This document shows, in pieces, positions 17,865-27,031 of a stretch of DNA of 64,000 bases. Positions within the stretch are counted from its first letter, which is position 1. The number at the start of each line of letters is the position of its first letter. The stretch is from Parasporobacterium sp. Lineage in GTDB: Bacteria > Bacillota > Clostridia > Lachnospirales > Lachnospiraceae. The notes beneath the pieces were generated by a model that saw nothing but the letters and a program-made list of their open reading frames with translations, ran no database searches and was not told where the DNA came from. A program made the translations under genes and the position numbers. Location of the stretch: assembly GCA_017510065.1 (NCBI GenBank), contig JAFWOB010000184.1, positions 4,671 through 68,670 on the forward strand. Reading direction: 5' to 3'.

Positions 17865-18908
17865 TTACTGCTTCAGCAGCATGATCGCTTTTTTCGGGAT
17901 ATGGATCTCGATCCGGTCAGATTGTACACTCTGCCAGGCAGCTTTGTCCAGTTCCCAACCGAATGCCAGGGCTTTCGGATGATCCGCAAGCCTCAGCATG
18001 ACCGTATAGGAAAACGGGTTTTCCGTCACCGACACCACATCGCACAGGAAGCGGTTCTCCGGGGATTTTCCATTGGTATCATGATGGCGGATCCCGATAT
18101 AGGAAGCATTTCCCACCGCTTCTTCTGTTTCCAGCACCAGGTCCCAGTCTGTTGCCAGGACCCTGTGTTCATCCAGCTTCCTGATGGGAGAGATATTTTT
18201 GCATCCCGTCAGCATGCAGGCAGTCCGGGTTCCCGGATCGGCAAATACGGCTGCCCGGTCTCCGTAGACATCCACCGCCCCATTATTCATGACCGCGATC
18301 CTGTCCGATAATCGGAAGACTTCATCCCGGTCATGGGAGACCATCAGAACTGTTTTTCCGAATTCCCGTATGATCTGCCTGGTTTCCTGTTCCATACGAA
18401 ACCGCAGGTGACTGTCCAGAGCGGAAAAAGGCTCGTCCAGCATCAAAAGTTCCGGCTCCGACACTAAGATCCTGGCCAGCGCTGTTCTTTGCTGCTGCCC
18501 TCCGGAAATCCGGGAAGGAAGACGGTCTTTTAATTCTGTCAGGTCAAATCGTTCTATGATCTCCCGGGTCTTTTCCTGCCGGATCTTCTTATCCCGGTAC
18601 CGGTTTGTTCCGGTGTAAATATTCTGCCAGACCGTCATATTGGGAAACAGGGCGTAATTCTGGAACATCAGCCCGGCGCGGCGTTTCTGCGGCGGAAGGT
18701 TGATATGCTTTTCCGAATCAAACAGCACGGTATCGTTTACCACGATCCGCCCCCGGTCCGGCTTTTCGATCCCGGCAATGCATTTTAATGTCATGCTCTT
18801 TCCGCAGCCGGAAGCCCCCAACAGAGATACGACCTCATTTTCCGCTTCCAGCAATACCTTCAGGCAGAAGTCTCCCAGTCTTTTTTCGATATCCAGATAG
18901 ATCGACAT
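17865..18908 (-). CDS. modC: molybdate ABC transporter ATP-binding protein with a C-terminal TOBE-like domain
   Basis: 347 aa. Walker A GASGCGKS, signature SGGQQQR, Walker B LLMLDEP. Adjacent to modB and modA. Confidence 0.8.
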   Translation of the reverse strand: MSIYLDIEKRLGDFCLKVLLEAENEVVSLLGASGCGKSMTLKCIAGIEKPDRGRIVVNDTVLFDSEKHINLPPQKRRAGLMFQNYALFPNMTVWQNIYTGTNRYRDKKIRQEKTREIIERFDLTELKDRLPSRISGGQQQRTALARILVSEPELLMLDEPFSALDSHLRFRMEQETRQIIREFGKTVLMVSHDRDEVFRLSDRIAVMNNGAVDVYGDRAAVFADPGTRTACMLTGCKNISPIRKLDEHRVLATDWDLVLETEEAVGNASYIGIRHHDTNGKSPENRFLCDVVSVTENPFSYTVMLRLADHPKALAFGWELDKAAWQSVQSDRIEIHIPKKAIMLLKQ

Positions 18909-18909
18909 A

Positions 18910-19578
18910 TCAGCTGCCCTTCTTTCGCTCTTTTTTCTCTACCATGTTGACTGCCAACAAGACCACAAAGGAGATGGCCATATTGACCAGGACCCATTTC
19001 AAGGCCAGGGCGTCATTGTCTGTCCGCCACAGCTGATACACTGTCGTGGAGATTGTGGCGGTCCGCCCCGGTGTATAGCCGGCGATCATACTGGTAGCGC
19101 CGTATTCTCCCAAGGCTCTGGCAAAGGCCAGCACAGTCCCTGCGATCAGCCCCTGTTTGCAGTAAGGGATCCGGATCCGCCAGAAGATAAAGGAATCGGA
19201 CAGACCGATGGTTTTCCCGGAATAAGCCAGGGTCTCATCAAAGGATTCAAAGGCCCCCCGCGCAGTCCGGTACATCAGGGGAAATATGACAACTGTAGTT
19301 GCAAAAATTGCTGACCACCATGTCATGGTCAGCTTGATCCCGAAAGTATCTAAAAACCACGCTCCGATCACATGTTTCGGCCCCAGTACCCGCAGGAGAA
19401 GATAGCCCACGACCGTTGGCGGCAGCACCAGGGGCATGGTAAGGATGACATCCAGGATGCCCTTGATAATACGCGGGATCTTTGCAATATAATACGCCGC
19501 AAAGATCCCGACAAAAAATATGATCACCGTACTGATCCCCGCGATCCGCAGGGAATTCCATAAAGGAAACAGATCCAT
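18910..19578 (-). CDS. modB: molybdate ABC transporter permease
   Basis: 222 aa. EAA-like loop ARALGEYGAT. Lies 2 nt from modC. Confidence 0.85.
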   Translation of the reverse strand: MDLFPLWNSLRIAGISTVIIFFVGIFAAYYIAKIPRIIKGILDVILTMPLVLPPTVVGYLLLRVLGPKHVIGAWFLDTFGIKLTMTWWSAIFATTVVIFPLMYRTARGAFESFDETLAYSGKTIGLSDSFIFWRIRIPYCKQGLIAGTVLAFARALGEYGATSMIAGYTPGRTATISTTVYQLWRTDNDALALKWVLVNMAISFVVLLAVNMVEKKERKKGS

Positions 19579-19599
19579 TTGATCCTCCGTCTGGCAGAG

Positions 19600-20454
19600 T
19601 TACTTCGCTTCCGCCTCTTTCTCTGTCAGCGGAGAGAATCCTACCGATTCAAATACTTCACTGGCTTCCGGTCCCTGCAGGTAGGCAAGGAATGCCTTTG
19701 CTGCTTCTTCGTTTTTGCTGATATTCAGGACGGCTGCCGGATAGATCACCTGGCCGCACATTTCCTTGGTCGCGGTGTCTACTACTGTAAGTTTTGCAGA
19801 AAATGCATCCGTTGCATAGATGATGCCGCAGTCCACTGCTGCTTCGGAAACCTGGGTGGTCACTTCCTTAACATTGGAGCCGTAAGTCAGAACGCCTGCT
19901 GCCGCAAGTTCTTCTTCATTCAGTTCATAGAATGCGAAGATCTTCTGGGTGTACTGTCCTACCGGAACGTCGGAATTGCCCATGGCAAGAAGAACGTTTC
20001 CTTCTTTCAGTCTGGCAGCCAGATCATCATAGGATTCGATACCGGCAGGATTGCCCTCCGGAACTGCCAGAGCGACTTTGTTCTCCAACAGGTCGATCCT
20101 GGTATCGGAAAGCACAAAGTCCAGGCCGTCCGGATTGCCGCTGTCCGCGTCCTTCGCTGCATCCAGGGCATTCATCTGCTTCGGGGCAGCGCTGATAAAC
20201 AGGTCGCAGTCTGCTCCTTCTTCGATCTGGGTCTTCAGGGTTCCCGATGAATCAAAATTAAAGACCAGGGTCACTTCCGGGGCAGCCTCTTTGTATTTTT
20301 CTGCGATCTCTTCCAGGGTTTCCGTCATGGAAGCGGCGGCAAATACGATCAGCTCCACATTCTCCTGTTCCGGAGCCTGCTCTGCCATAACGACGCCTCC
20401 CAGCATGCCAAGTGTCATGCAAAGTGTGATGATGACTGCGATTACTTTCTTCAT
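19600..20454 (-). CDS. modA: molybdate-binding periplasmic protein
   Basis: 284 aa. Signal peptide, then FAAASM...SSGTL...ISA motifs of ModA. SD AAGGAGG. Confidence 0.85.
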   Translation of the reverse strand: MKKVIAVIITLCMTLGMLGGVVMAEQAPEQENVELIVFAAASMTETLEEIAEKYKEAAPEVTLVFNFDSSGTLKTQIEEGADCDLFISAAPKQMNALDAAKDADSGNPDGLDFVLSDTRIDLLENKVALAVPEGNPAGIESYDDLAARLKEGNVLLAMGNSDVPVGQYTQKIFAFYELNEEELAAAGVLTYGSNVKEVTTQVSEAAVDCGIIYATDAFSAKLTVVDTATKEMCGQVIYPAAVLNISKNEEAAKAFLAYLQGPEASEVFESVGFSPLTEKEAEAK

Positions 20455-20491
20455 GTTCTTTTCCTCCTTGTGTTACTTTGTTTTCAGAACA

Positions 20492-20521
20492 ACAAAAAAT
20501 CCGTCTTCGAAAGACGGATAC
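20492..20521 (-). terminator. leader terminator (expression platform) upstream of modA
   Basis: Minus strand: AUCCGUCUU-ucg-AAGACGGAU followed by UUUUUUG, 37 nt before the modA ATG. Confidence 0.75.
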
Positions 20522-20522
20522 C

Positions 20523-20699
20523 AATTGGGACAAAGAACATGCGGACATGGTCTCTGGCTGCTGTGTATGCCGTCTCCTTTTCAAATAGGAAGGTCATCTC
20601 GTTTCCAACATGGCCCCGGGCAGACGAGCATATGCTGCGTTTCTCTCTGCCGGATCCTGGCCCATAGCGATATGCCTTAGGGAACAGGATCTCGAAGAC
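20523..20699 (-). promoter_or_regulatory. structured 5' leader of the mod/moa operon; candidate Moco riboswitch
   Basis: About 245-nt leader between the promoter (20706-33) and modA. AGACGG-C-AUAC in the leader can pair with the terminator 5' arm GUAU-CCGUCU (antiterminator). The context (molybdate uptake plus Moco synthesis) fits the Moco RNA motif. I could not verify the consensus from memory. Confidence 0.45.
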
Positions 20700-20705
20700 A
20701 ATTTC

Positions 20706-20733
20706 ATTATAACAGCCTTTCCTGCTTTTTCAA
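20706..20733 (-). promoter_or_regulatory. promoter of the modA operon
   Basis: Minus strand: TTGAAA (20733-28), 16 nt, TGt-TATAAT (20711-06). Confidence 0.6.
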
Positions 20734-20807
20734 GTTCTTTCCAAAACGCAGGTACCGATACATACTTCCTGTCAGCAGGCCATTCGATGCTTTGTCGCAT
20801 TAATGTG

Positions 20808-20835
20808 TTGACATATTCATAAGTGCGAGTATAAT
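20808..20835 (+). promoter_or_regulatory. promoter of the citrate synthase operon
   Basis: TTGACA (20808-13), 16 nt, TATAAT (20830-35). Confidence 0.65.
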
Positions 20836-20871
20836 TGTATGCATATATCCATGAAAGGAGAGCGTCAGCTC

Positions 20872-22239
20872 ATGCTTGAATTATCAAACAAGACCAACTT
20901 GCTCGAACAGAGCGGATACAAATACTCCCTGCAGGATGTAGAGGAAGCCAATCTGTACAGGGATATTTATAATTATGAAGAGGTTCCCCGGGTCGGGTTC
21001 AACCACCGCCGGGTACCGATGGCGATGCCGGAAGAGATCTGGATCACCGACACCACGTTCCGTGACGGACAGCAGTCCATGGAGCCGTATACGGTAGATC
21101 AGATCGTTGATCTGTATAAACTGATGAGCCGTCTGGGTGGTCCCTTCGGTATTATCCGCCAGACAGAGTTTTTCGCATACAGCTGGAAGGACCGGGAAGC
21201 CATCCGCAGATGCCAGGACCTGGGGCTTCAGTTCCCGGAGATCACCACCTGGATCCGGGCAAACCGGGAAGACTTCAAACTGGTAAAGGACCTGGGGATC
21301 CGGGAAACCGGTATCCTGGTATCCTGCAGCGACTATCACATTTTCAACAAATTAAAGCTGACCCGCAAGCAGGCCATGGAACAGTATCTCGCGACTGTTG
21401 ACATGGCGTTCGAGGCCGGCGTTATGCCCAGGTGCCATCTGGAAGATATTACCAGGGCTGACTTCTACGGATTTGTAGTTCCCTTCGTGAATGAACTGAT
21501 GAAGCGAAGCGAACAGGCCGGGATCCCTGTCAGGATCCGTGCCTGCGATACCATGGGATACGGCGTACCCTACACGGAAGTAGATCTTCCCCGAAGTGTC
21601 GCCGGTATCATGTACGGTCTGCAGTTTTATTCCGGCGTTCCCAGCGAAATGCTGGAATGGCACGGCCATAATGATTTTTACAAGGCGGTTCCGAATGCGG
21701 TCGTCGCCTGGTTGTACGGCGCATCTTCCGTGAACTGTACTCTTCTGGGCATCGGAGAGAGGACCGGCAACATCCCGCTGGAAGCCATGGTCATGGAATA
21801 TGCTGCTCTGAGAGGTTCCTTCGACGGCATGGATTCCACGGTTATCACAGAGATCGCTGACTACTATAAGAACAACATCGGATACAAGATCCCGCCCATG
21901 ACGCCCTTTGTGGGCAGGGACTTCAACGTCACCCGCGCCGGGATCCACGCAGACGGGATCCTGAAAGACGAAGAGATCTACAATGTCTTCAATACCAGAA
22001 AGCTGCTGAACCGGGCGCCTTCCGTCCTTCTGGGACAGAATTCCGGGCTTGCCGGAATCGCCTACTGGATCAACAACAATTACGGGCTTACAGGAGATAA
22101 GCAGGTTCAGAAGCACGATCCCCTGGTCCTTTCCGTCAAGGAATGGATCGACAACGAATATGTCGGCGGCAGACAGAGTACTCTTTCGGTCAGTGAGATT
22201 GAATCCAAGATCAAAGAATTATCAGGAGGTCAGTTATGA
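20872..22239 (+). CDS. Re-face citrate synthase (homocitrate/isopropylmalate synthase family)
   Basis: Contains IWITDTTFRDGQQS and a DRE-TIM barrel of the HCS/IPMS family, and is followed by aconitase and IDH. ATG 20872 was chosen because the predicted TSS lies after the first ATG and AAAGGAGAG precedes 20872. The exact start is uncertain. Confidence 0.7.
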   Translation: MLELSNKTNLLEQSGYKYSLQDVEEANLYRDIYNYEEVPRVGFNHRRVPMAMPEEIWITDTTFRDGQQSMEPYTVDQIVDLYKLMSRLGGPFGIIRQTEFFAYSWKDREAIRRCQDLGLQFPEITTWIRANREDFKLVKDLGIRETGILVSCSDYHIFNKLKLTRKQAMEQYLATVDMAFEAGVMPRCHLEDITRADFYGFVVPFVNELMKRSEQAGIPVRIRACDTMGYGVPYTEVDLPRSVAGIMYGLQFYSGVPSEMLEWHGHNDFYKAVPNAVVAWLYGASSVNCTLLGIGERTGNIPLEAMVMEYAALRGSFDGMDSTVITEIADYYKNNIGYKIPPMTPFVGRDFNVTRAGIHADGILKDEEIYNVFNTRKLLNRAPSVLLGQNSGLAGIAYWINNNYGLTGDKQVQKHDPLVLSVKEWIDNEYVGGRQSTLSVSEIESKIKELSGGQL

Positions 22240-22880
22240 TGCACAAAACCATTTCCCTTGCAGACCAGATATTTGAACGGCTGGAGAGCGATATCCTCAC
22301 CGGTGTTTACCCCATCGGTTCTGTTCTTACCGAACTGTCCCTCAGTGAAGACCTGGGCGTCAGCCGTACCCCCATCCGGGAAGCGGTCCGCCGTCTGGAG
22401 CAGGAGCATCTGGTGGAGCCATCCTCCAAAGGCGTTGTGGTCCTTTCCATCACTCCTCATGACGCAATGATCATCTATGATATCCGGATCCAGGTGGAAG
22501 GACTGGCTGCAAGAGCCTGCGCGGAAAATATCACCGACGAGCAGCTTGCCGAGATGAAAGAATTGCTGGAACTGCAGGAGTTTTATATCAAAAAGGCCGA
22601 TTCCGAAAAGATCAAAAATACAGACAGCCAGTTCCATCAGATGATCTACCAGTTTGCGGGAAGTCCTGTCTATTACGACACCCTGGCACCGCTGCATAAC
22701 AAGACCCAGAAGTTCAGAAAAGCTTCCGTGGCGCGGTCAGGCAAAGCAGTCAACAGCCATGAAGAGCACCATGATATCTACAAAGCCATTGCGGCCCGGG
22801 ATCCTGACGCTGCAGAGCTTGCGATGAAGCGTCATGTGGAAGAAGCAAAGAAACGTCTGGCTGAACTGGCAGAGATCTGA
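22236..22880 (+). CDS. GntR-family transcriptional regulator (FadR/FCD subfamily)
   Basis: 214 aa. Winged-helix region LSEDLGVSRTPIREAVRRLEQEHLV plus an FCD-like C-terminal domain. Its ATG overlaps the upstream stop (ATGA). Confidence 0.85.
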   Translation: MMHKTISLADQIFERLESDILTGVYPIGSVLTELSLSEDLGVSRTPIREAVRRLEQEHLVEPSSKGVVVLSITPHDAMIIYDIRIQVEGLAARACAENITDEQLAEMKELLELQEFYIKKADSEKIKNTDSQFHQMIYQFAGSPVYYDTLAPLHNKTQKFRKASVARSGKAVNSHEEHHDIYKAIAARDPDAAELAMKRHVEEAKKRLAELAEI

Positions 22881-22928
22881 TCCGTCCGGATCGTATACAT
22901 ACAGAAATATTTTACGAGGAATATAAAA

Positions 22929-25187
22929 ATGGCAATGATAGAACGATTTTCATCCTGTATCAAACTGGAAAACGGCACTCCCGTCCCATCCGGGAAAGAC
23001 CCGGCTTCCAGAGAAAAGACCATGGCGTACCAGATCCTGCGTGCCCACGAAAAACAGCATAAAAATGACGGGCTGATGCGGATCGGTTTTGACGCGATGA
23101 TCTCACACGATATCACTTATGTCGGGATCATCCAGACTGCCCGTGCCAGCGGCATGAAGCAGTTTCCGATCCCCTATGCCCTTACCAACTGTCATAACAG
23201 CCTGTGCGCCGTAGGCGGTACCATCAACGAAGATGACCACGCCTTCGGACTTTCCGCTGCCCGTAAATACGGCGGCATCTATGTACCGGCCAACCAGGCA
23301 GTCATTCACCAGTTTGCCCGGGAAAAACTGGCAGGCTGCGGGAAAATGATCCTGGGATCCGATTCCCATACCCGCTATGGCTGCTACGGAACCATGGCAG
23401 TCGGAGAAGGCGGCGGTGAACTTGCCAAGCAGCTCCTGCATAACACCTGGGATATTGAAGAGCCTGAAGTCGTCCTTGTCTGGCTGGATGGAAAAGTTCC
23501 TCACGGCATCGGACCTCACGACGTAGCCATTGCCCTGGTGGGGGCTACATTCCCGGACGGATTTGTCAAAAACAGGATACTGGAATTTGCAGGTCCCGGC
23601 ATCCGGGATCTGAGCATGGATTTCCGCATCGGAATCGATGTCATGACCACGGAAACCAGCTGCCTCAGTTCCATCTGGATCACAGACGATACAGTGAAAG
23701 ACTATTATAATACTATCGGCCGGCCGGAAGATTTCCATGTTCTTGCGCCGCAGGAAGGCGCTGTTTATGACAGCATGGTCACTATTCATCTGGAGGAAAT
23801 GGAGTCTATGATCGCACTCCCCTTCCATCCTTCCAAAGCCTATACCATCCATGAACTCCAGAAGGATCCGGAAGGCATCTTCCGGGAAATTCAGGAGGAA
23901 TGCAATGCGTCCCTGAACGGAAAGGTCACGATGGATCTTCTGCGCTGCATCGGAAAGGACGGTAAGATCCTCTGCGATCAGGGTATTATCGCAGGATGTG
24001 CCGGCGGCATGTATGAAAACATTTCAGAAGCAGCCGATATCCTTCGCGGCAAAAGCATCGGAAACGGTTATTTTGACCTTTCCGTTTATCCTTCCAGCAC
24101 GCCGATCAATCTGGCAGTTATGAAAGACGGCATTGCCGCAGACCTGACCCTCGCCGGGGCTGTCATGAAGCCGTGCTTCTGCGGACCCTGCTTCGGTGCG
24201 GGAGATACGCCTGCCAACAACGCTCTTTCCATCCGCCATACCACCCGTAATTTTGCCAACCGGGAAGGATCCAAACCAGGAAACGGGCAGATCTCGGCTG
24301 TCGCATTGATGGATGCCCGTTCCATCGCTGCCACTGCGGCAAACGGCGGGATCCTGACAGCTGCCACAGACGTGGAGTATGAGATCACCCCAAGGCAGTA
24401 CGAGTATGACGATACGGTCTATCAGAAACGCTGCTATTTCGGATTCGGCAATCCCCTTCCGGACGAAGAGCTCCGGCTCGGTCCCAACATCAGGGACTGG
24501 CCGAAAATGCCGAGGCCTAAGGAGGATCTTCTGGTACAGTTGTGCGCCGTGATCCACGATGAAGTTACCACCACGGACGAACTCATTCCTTCCGGCGAAA
24601 CCTCCAGTTACCGTTCCAATCCCATTGCTCTGTCGGAATTCGCTTTGAGCCGCCGGGTACCGGATTATGTGGAACGCTCCAAAGCGGTCAGAAGTCTGGA
24701 AGAAACTCTGGAACAGGGGGCCGTTCCGGAGGAAGCCGCTGAAATTCTGAAGGCTTTCGAAGCAGATCCCGGAAAAACCACCATCGGCTCCTGTGTCTTC
24801 TCCCATAAACCGGGAGACGGATCCGCCAGGGAGCAGGCCGCTTCCTGTCAGAAAGTGCTTGGAGGCTTTGCCAATATCTGTTATGAATATGCGACAAAGC
24901 GCTATCGCTCCAACTGCCTGAACTGGGGCATCGTACCATTTACCATGGATCAGGATGCCGACTTCCCGTACCAGGCAGGCGACTGGGTATACATTCCAGG
25001 CGTGATCTCCGGCATTCTTGCCGGCCAGGAAGAGTTCGGCGCCAAAGTCCTTTCTTCCGACGGAACGATCAGGGATCTGAAGCTTTATGTCAAAGGATTG
25101 TCAGAAGAGGAAAAGCAAATTGTCACGGAAGGCTGCCTGATGAACTACTACGCTGCAAAAGCCGCCTCTTCAGAAAACAATAAGTGA
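22929..25187 (+). CDS. aconitate hydratase
   Basis: 752 aa. Contains GSDSHT, an Fe-S ligand region (CFCGPCFG) and a swivel domain. An alternative start at Met32 is possible. Confidence 0.85.
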   Translation: MAMIERFSSCIKLENGTPVPSGKDPASREKTMAYQILRAHEKQHKNDGLMRIGFDAMISHDITYVGIIQTARASGMKQFPIPYALTNCHNSLCAVGGTINEDDHAFGLSAARKYGGIYVPANQAVIHQFAREKLAGCGKMILGSDSHTRYGCYGTMAVGEGGGELAKQLLHNTWDIEEPEVVLVWLDGKVPHGIGPHDVAIALVGATFPDGFVKNRILEFAGPGIRDLSMDFRIGIDVMTTETSCLSSIWITDDTVKDYYNTIGRPEDFHVLAPQEGAVYDSMVTIHLEEMESMIALPFHPSKAYTIHELQKDPEGIFREIQEECNASLNGKVTMDLLRCIGKDGKILCDQGIIAGCAGGMYENISEAADILRGKSIGNGYFDLSVYPSSTPINLAVMKDGIAADLTLAGAVMKPCFCGPCFGAGDTPANNALSIRHTTRNFANREGSKPGNGQISAVALMDARSIAATAANGGILTAATDVEYEITPRQYEYDDTVYQKRCYFGFGNPLPDEELRLGPNIRDWPKMPRPKEDLLVQLCAVIHDEVTTTDELIPSGETSSYRSNPIALSEFALSRRVPDYVERSKAVRSLEETLEQGAVPEEAAEILKAFEADPGKTTIGSCVFSHKPGDGSAREQAASCQKVLGGFANICYEYATKRYRSNCLNWGIVPFTMDQDADFPYQAGDWVYIPGVISGILAGQEEFGAKVLSSDGTIRDLKLYVKGLSEEEKQIVTEGCLMNYYAAKAASSENNK

Positions 25188-25201
25188 TTGTGGAGAAAAC
25201 C

Positions 25202-26416
25202 ATGAATAAGATACAGATGACAACCCCGCTGGTGGAAATGGACGGGGATGAAATGACAAGGATCCTGTGGCAGATGATCAAAGACAAGCTGATCCTGCCC
25301 TATGTGGATCTGAAGACCGAATACTATGATCTGGGACTGCTGCACCGGAATGATACGGACGATCAGGTGACCGTAGACGCCGCCAATGCAGCCGTAAAGT
25401 ACGGGGTAGCGGTAAAATGCGCCACCATTACTCCCAACCGGCAGCGCATGATCGAATATCCGCAGCTCAAACAGCAGTGGAAAAGTCCCAACGGAACGAT
25501 CCGTTCCATCATGGACGGAACAGTATTCCGGACACCCATTGTGATCGACTCTGTCAAGCCGGTGGTGAAAACCTGGAAAAAACCCATTACCGTTGCCCGT
25601 CATGCCTACGGCGATGTTTATAAAGCCGTGGACATGAAAACAGAAGAGCCGGGTGAATGTACCATGACTTTCAAAGGCGTCAGCGGAAAGGAAACCACTG
25701 TGGTGGTACAGAAAGTGGACGGGCCCGCTGTGTTCCAGGGGCAGCATAACAAGTCCGCCTCCATCCGCTCCTTTGCAAGAGCGTGCTTCCAGTTTGCGAT
25801 CGACCAGAAGCAGGATCTGTGGTTTTCCACCAAGGATACCATTGCCAAGATCTATGACAGTGAATTCCGTGCCATTTTTGAAGAGGAATTTGAAAATTAC
25901 AAAGCCCGTTTTGAAGAACTGGGGATCACCTATTTCTATACACTGATCGACGATGCCGTCGCCCGCGTCATCCGCTCGGAAGGCGGTTTTATCTGGGCCT
26001 GCAAGAACTATGACGGAGATGTCATGAGCGACATGATCTCCACAGCCTTCGGTTCTCTGGCCATGATGACCTCCGTTCTGGTAACCCCGGACGGCAAATA
26101 CGAGTATGAAGCCGCCCACGGCACAGTCACCAAGCATTATTATAAATACCTGAAAGGCGAATCCACCAGTACCAACCCCATGGCCACCATCTTCGCCTGG
26201 AGCGGCGCACTGAGAAAGCGCGGGGAACTGGACAGCCTTAACGATCTGATAAAATTTGCGGACAATCTGGAGAAAGCCTGTTTTGATACCCTGAATGCAG
26301 GAATCATGACCGGAGACCTGGCCAATCTGGCAGAATCCGGCGCCTGCCAGAAACGCGCTACCAGCGAAGAATTCCTGGATGCCGTCGCCATGCAGCTTCA
26401 GCAGCTGATGTCATGA
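25202..26416 (+). CDS. icd: NADP-dependent isocitrate dehydrogenase (eukaryote-like subfamily II, ~400 aa)
   Basis: Contains VEMDGDEMTRILW, KCATITPN, GTVFR, ARHAYGD, NYDGDV(M)SD and HGTVT. Start moved to ATG 25202 (GGAGAAAACC upstream). Confidence 0.9.
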   Translation: MNKIQMTTPLVEMDGDEMTRILWQMIKDKLILPYVDLKTEYYDLGLLHRNDTDDQVTVDAANAAVKYGVAVKCATITPNRQRMIEYPQLKQQWKSPNGTIRSIMDGTVFRTPIVIDSVKPVVKTWKKPITVARHAYGDVYKAVDMKTEEPGECTMTFKGVSGKETTVVVQKVDGPAVFQGQHNKSASIRSFARACFQFAIDQKQDLWFSTKDTIAKIYDSEFRAIFEEEFENYKARFEELGITYFYTLIDDAVARVIRSEGGFIWACKNYDGDVMSDMISTAFGSLAMMTSVLVTPDGKYEYEAAHGTVTKHYYKYLKGESTSTNPMATIFAWSGALRKRGELDSLNDLIKFADNLEKACFDTLNAGIMTGDLANLAESGACQKRATSEEFLDAVAMQLQQLMS

Positions 26417-26435
26417 CCTTGGAGGACTTTGCAGT

Positions 26436-26984
26436 ATGCAGACCATTCCCATCTTTGCCTTCTCTGCCTGGTCAGGCACCGGCAAAACAACCATCCTGGA
26501 ACAATTGATCCCGCTGCTGAAGCAGCGGGGTCTTCGGATCGCAGTCCTCAAACATGACGCCCATGATTTTGAGATCGACCGGGAAGGCAAGGATTCCTGG
26601 CGTTTTTCCCATGCCGGAGCCGATATCACGGTGATCAGTTCCTCGCAAAAAACTGCGCTGATCGAGCAGCGCAGTCTGTCTGTTTCCGATATTCTTTCCC
26701 GGATCCATGACGTGGATCTGATCCTGGCGGAAGGTTACAACGATCTGTCGGCCGATTCCAGCGATTTAGTGGCCAATGCCTGCAACCTGCCGGCCGATGT
26801 ATCATATCGTCTGTACCGCATCGGGATCAGCCGCGCCGCCACCAAAAGAGGCCTTCGCACTCCCGCACAGGAATGCATTGCGGTCATGACTGACGAGTCG
26901 GAACTGGCTCTTCCTTCCGGGACCAGACGATTCGGCCTGCAGGATATCTCCGGCCTGGCCGATCTGATCCTGGAACTTCTGTGA
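26436..26984 (+). CDS. mobB: molybdopterin-guanine dinucleotide biosynthesis adapter protein MobB
   Basis: 182 aa. Contains FSAWSGTGKTT and VLKHDAHDFEIDREGKDS. Confidence 0.85.
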   Translation: MQTIPIFAFSAWSGTGKTTILEQLIPLLKQRGLRIAVLKHDAHDFEIDREGKDSWRFSHAGADITVISSSQKTALIEQRSLSVSDILSRIHDVDLILAEGYNDLSADSSDLVANACNLPADVSYRLYRIGISRAATKRGLRTPAQECIAVMTDESELALPSGTRRFGLQDISGLADLILELL

Positions 26985-27031
26985 TCTTTCCTTTTGTTGG
27001 AGTCTGACCCTGCTCTCAACGATGTTCGACT

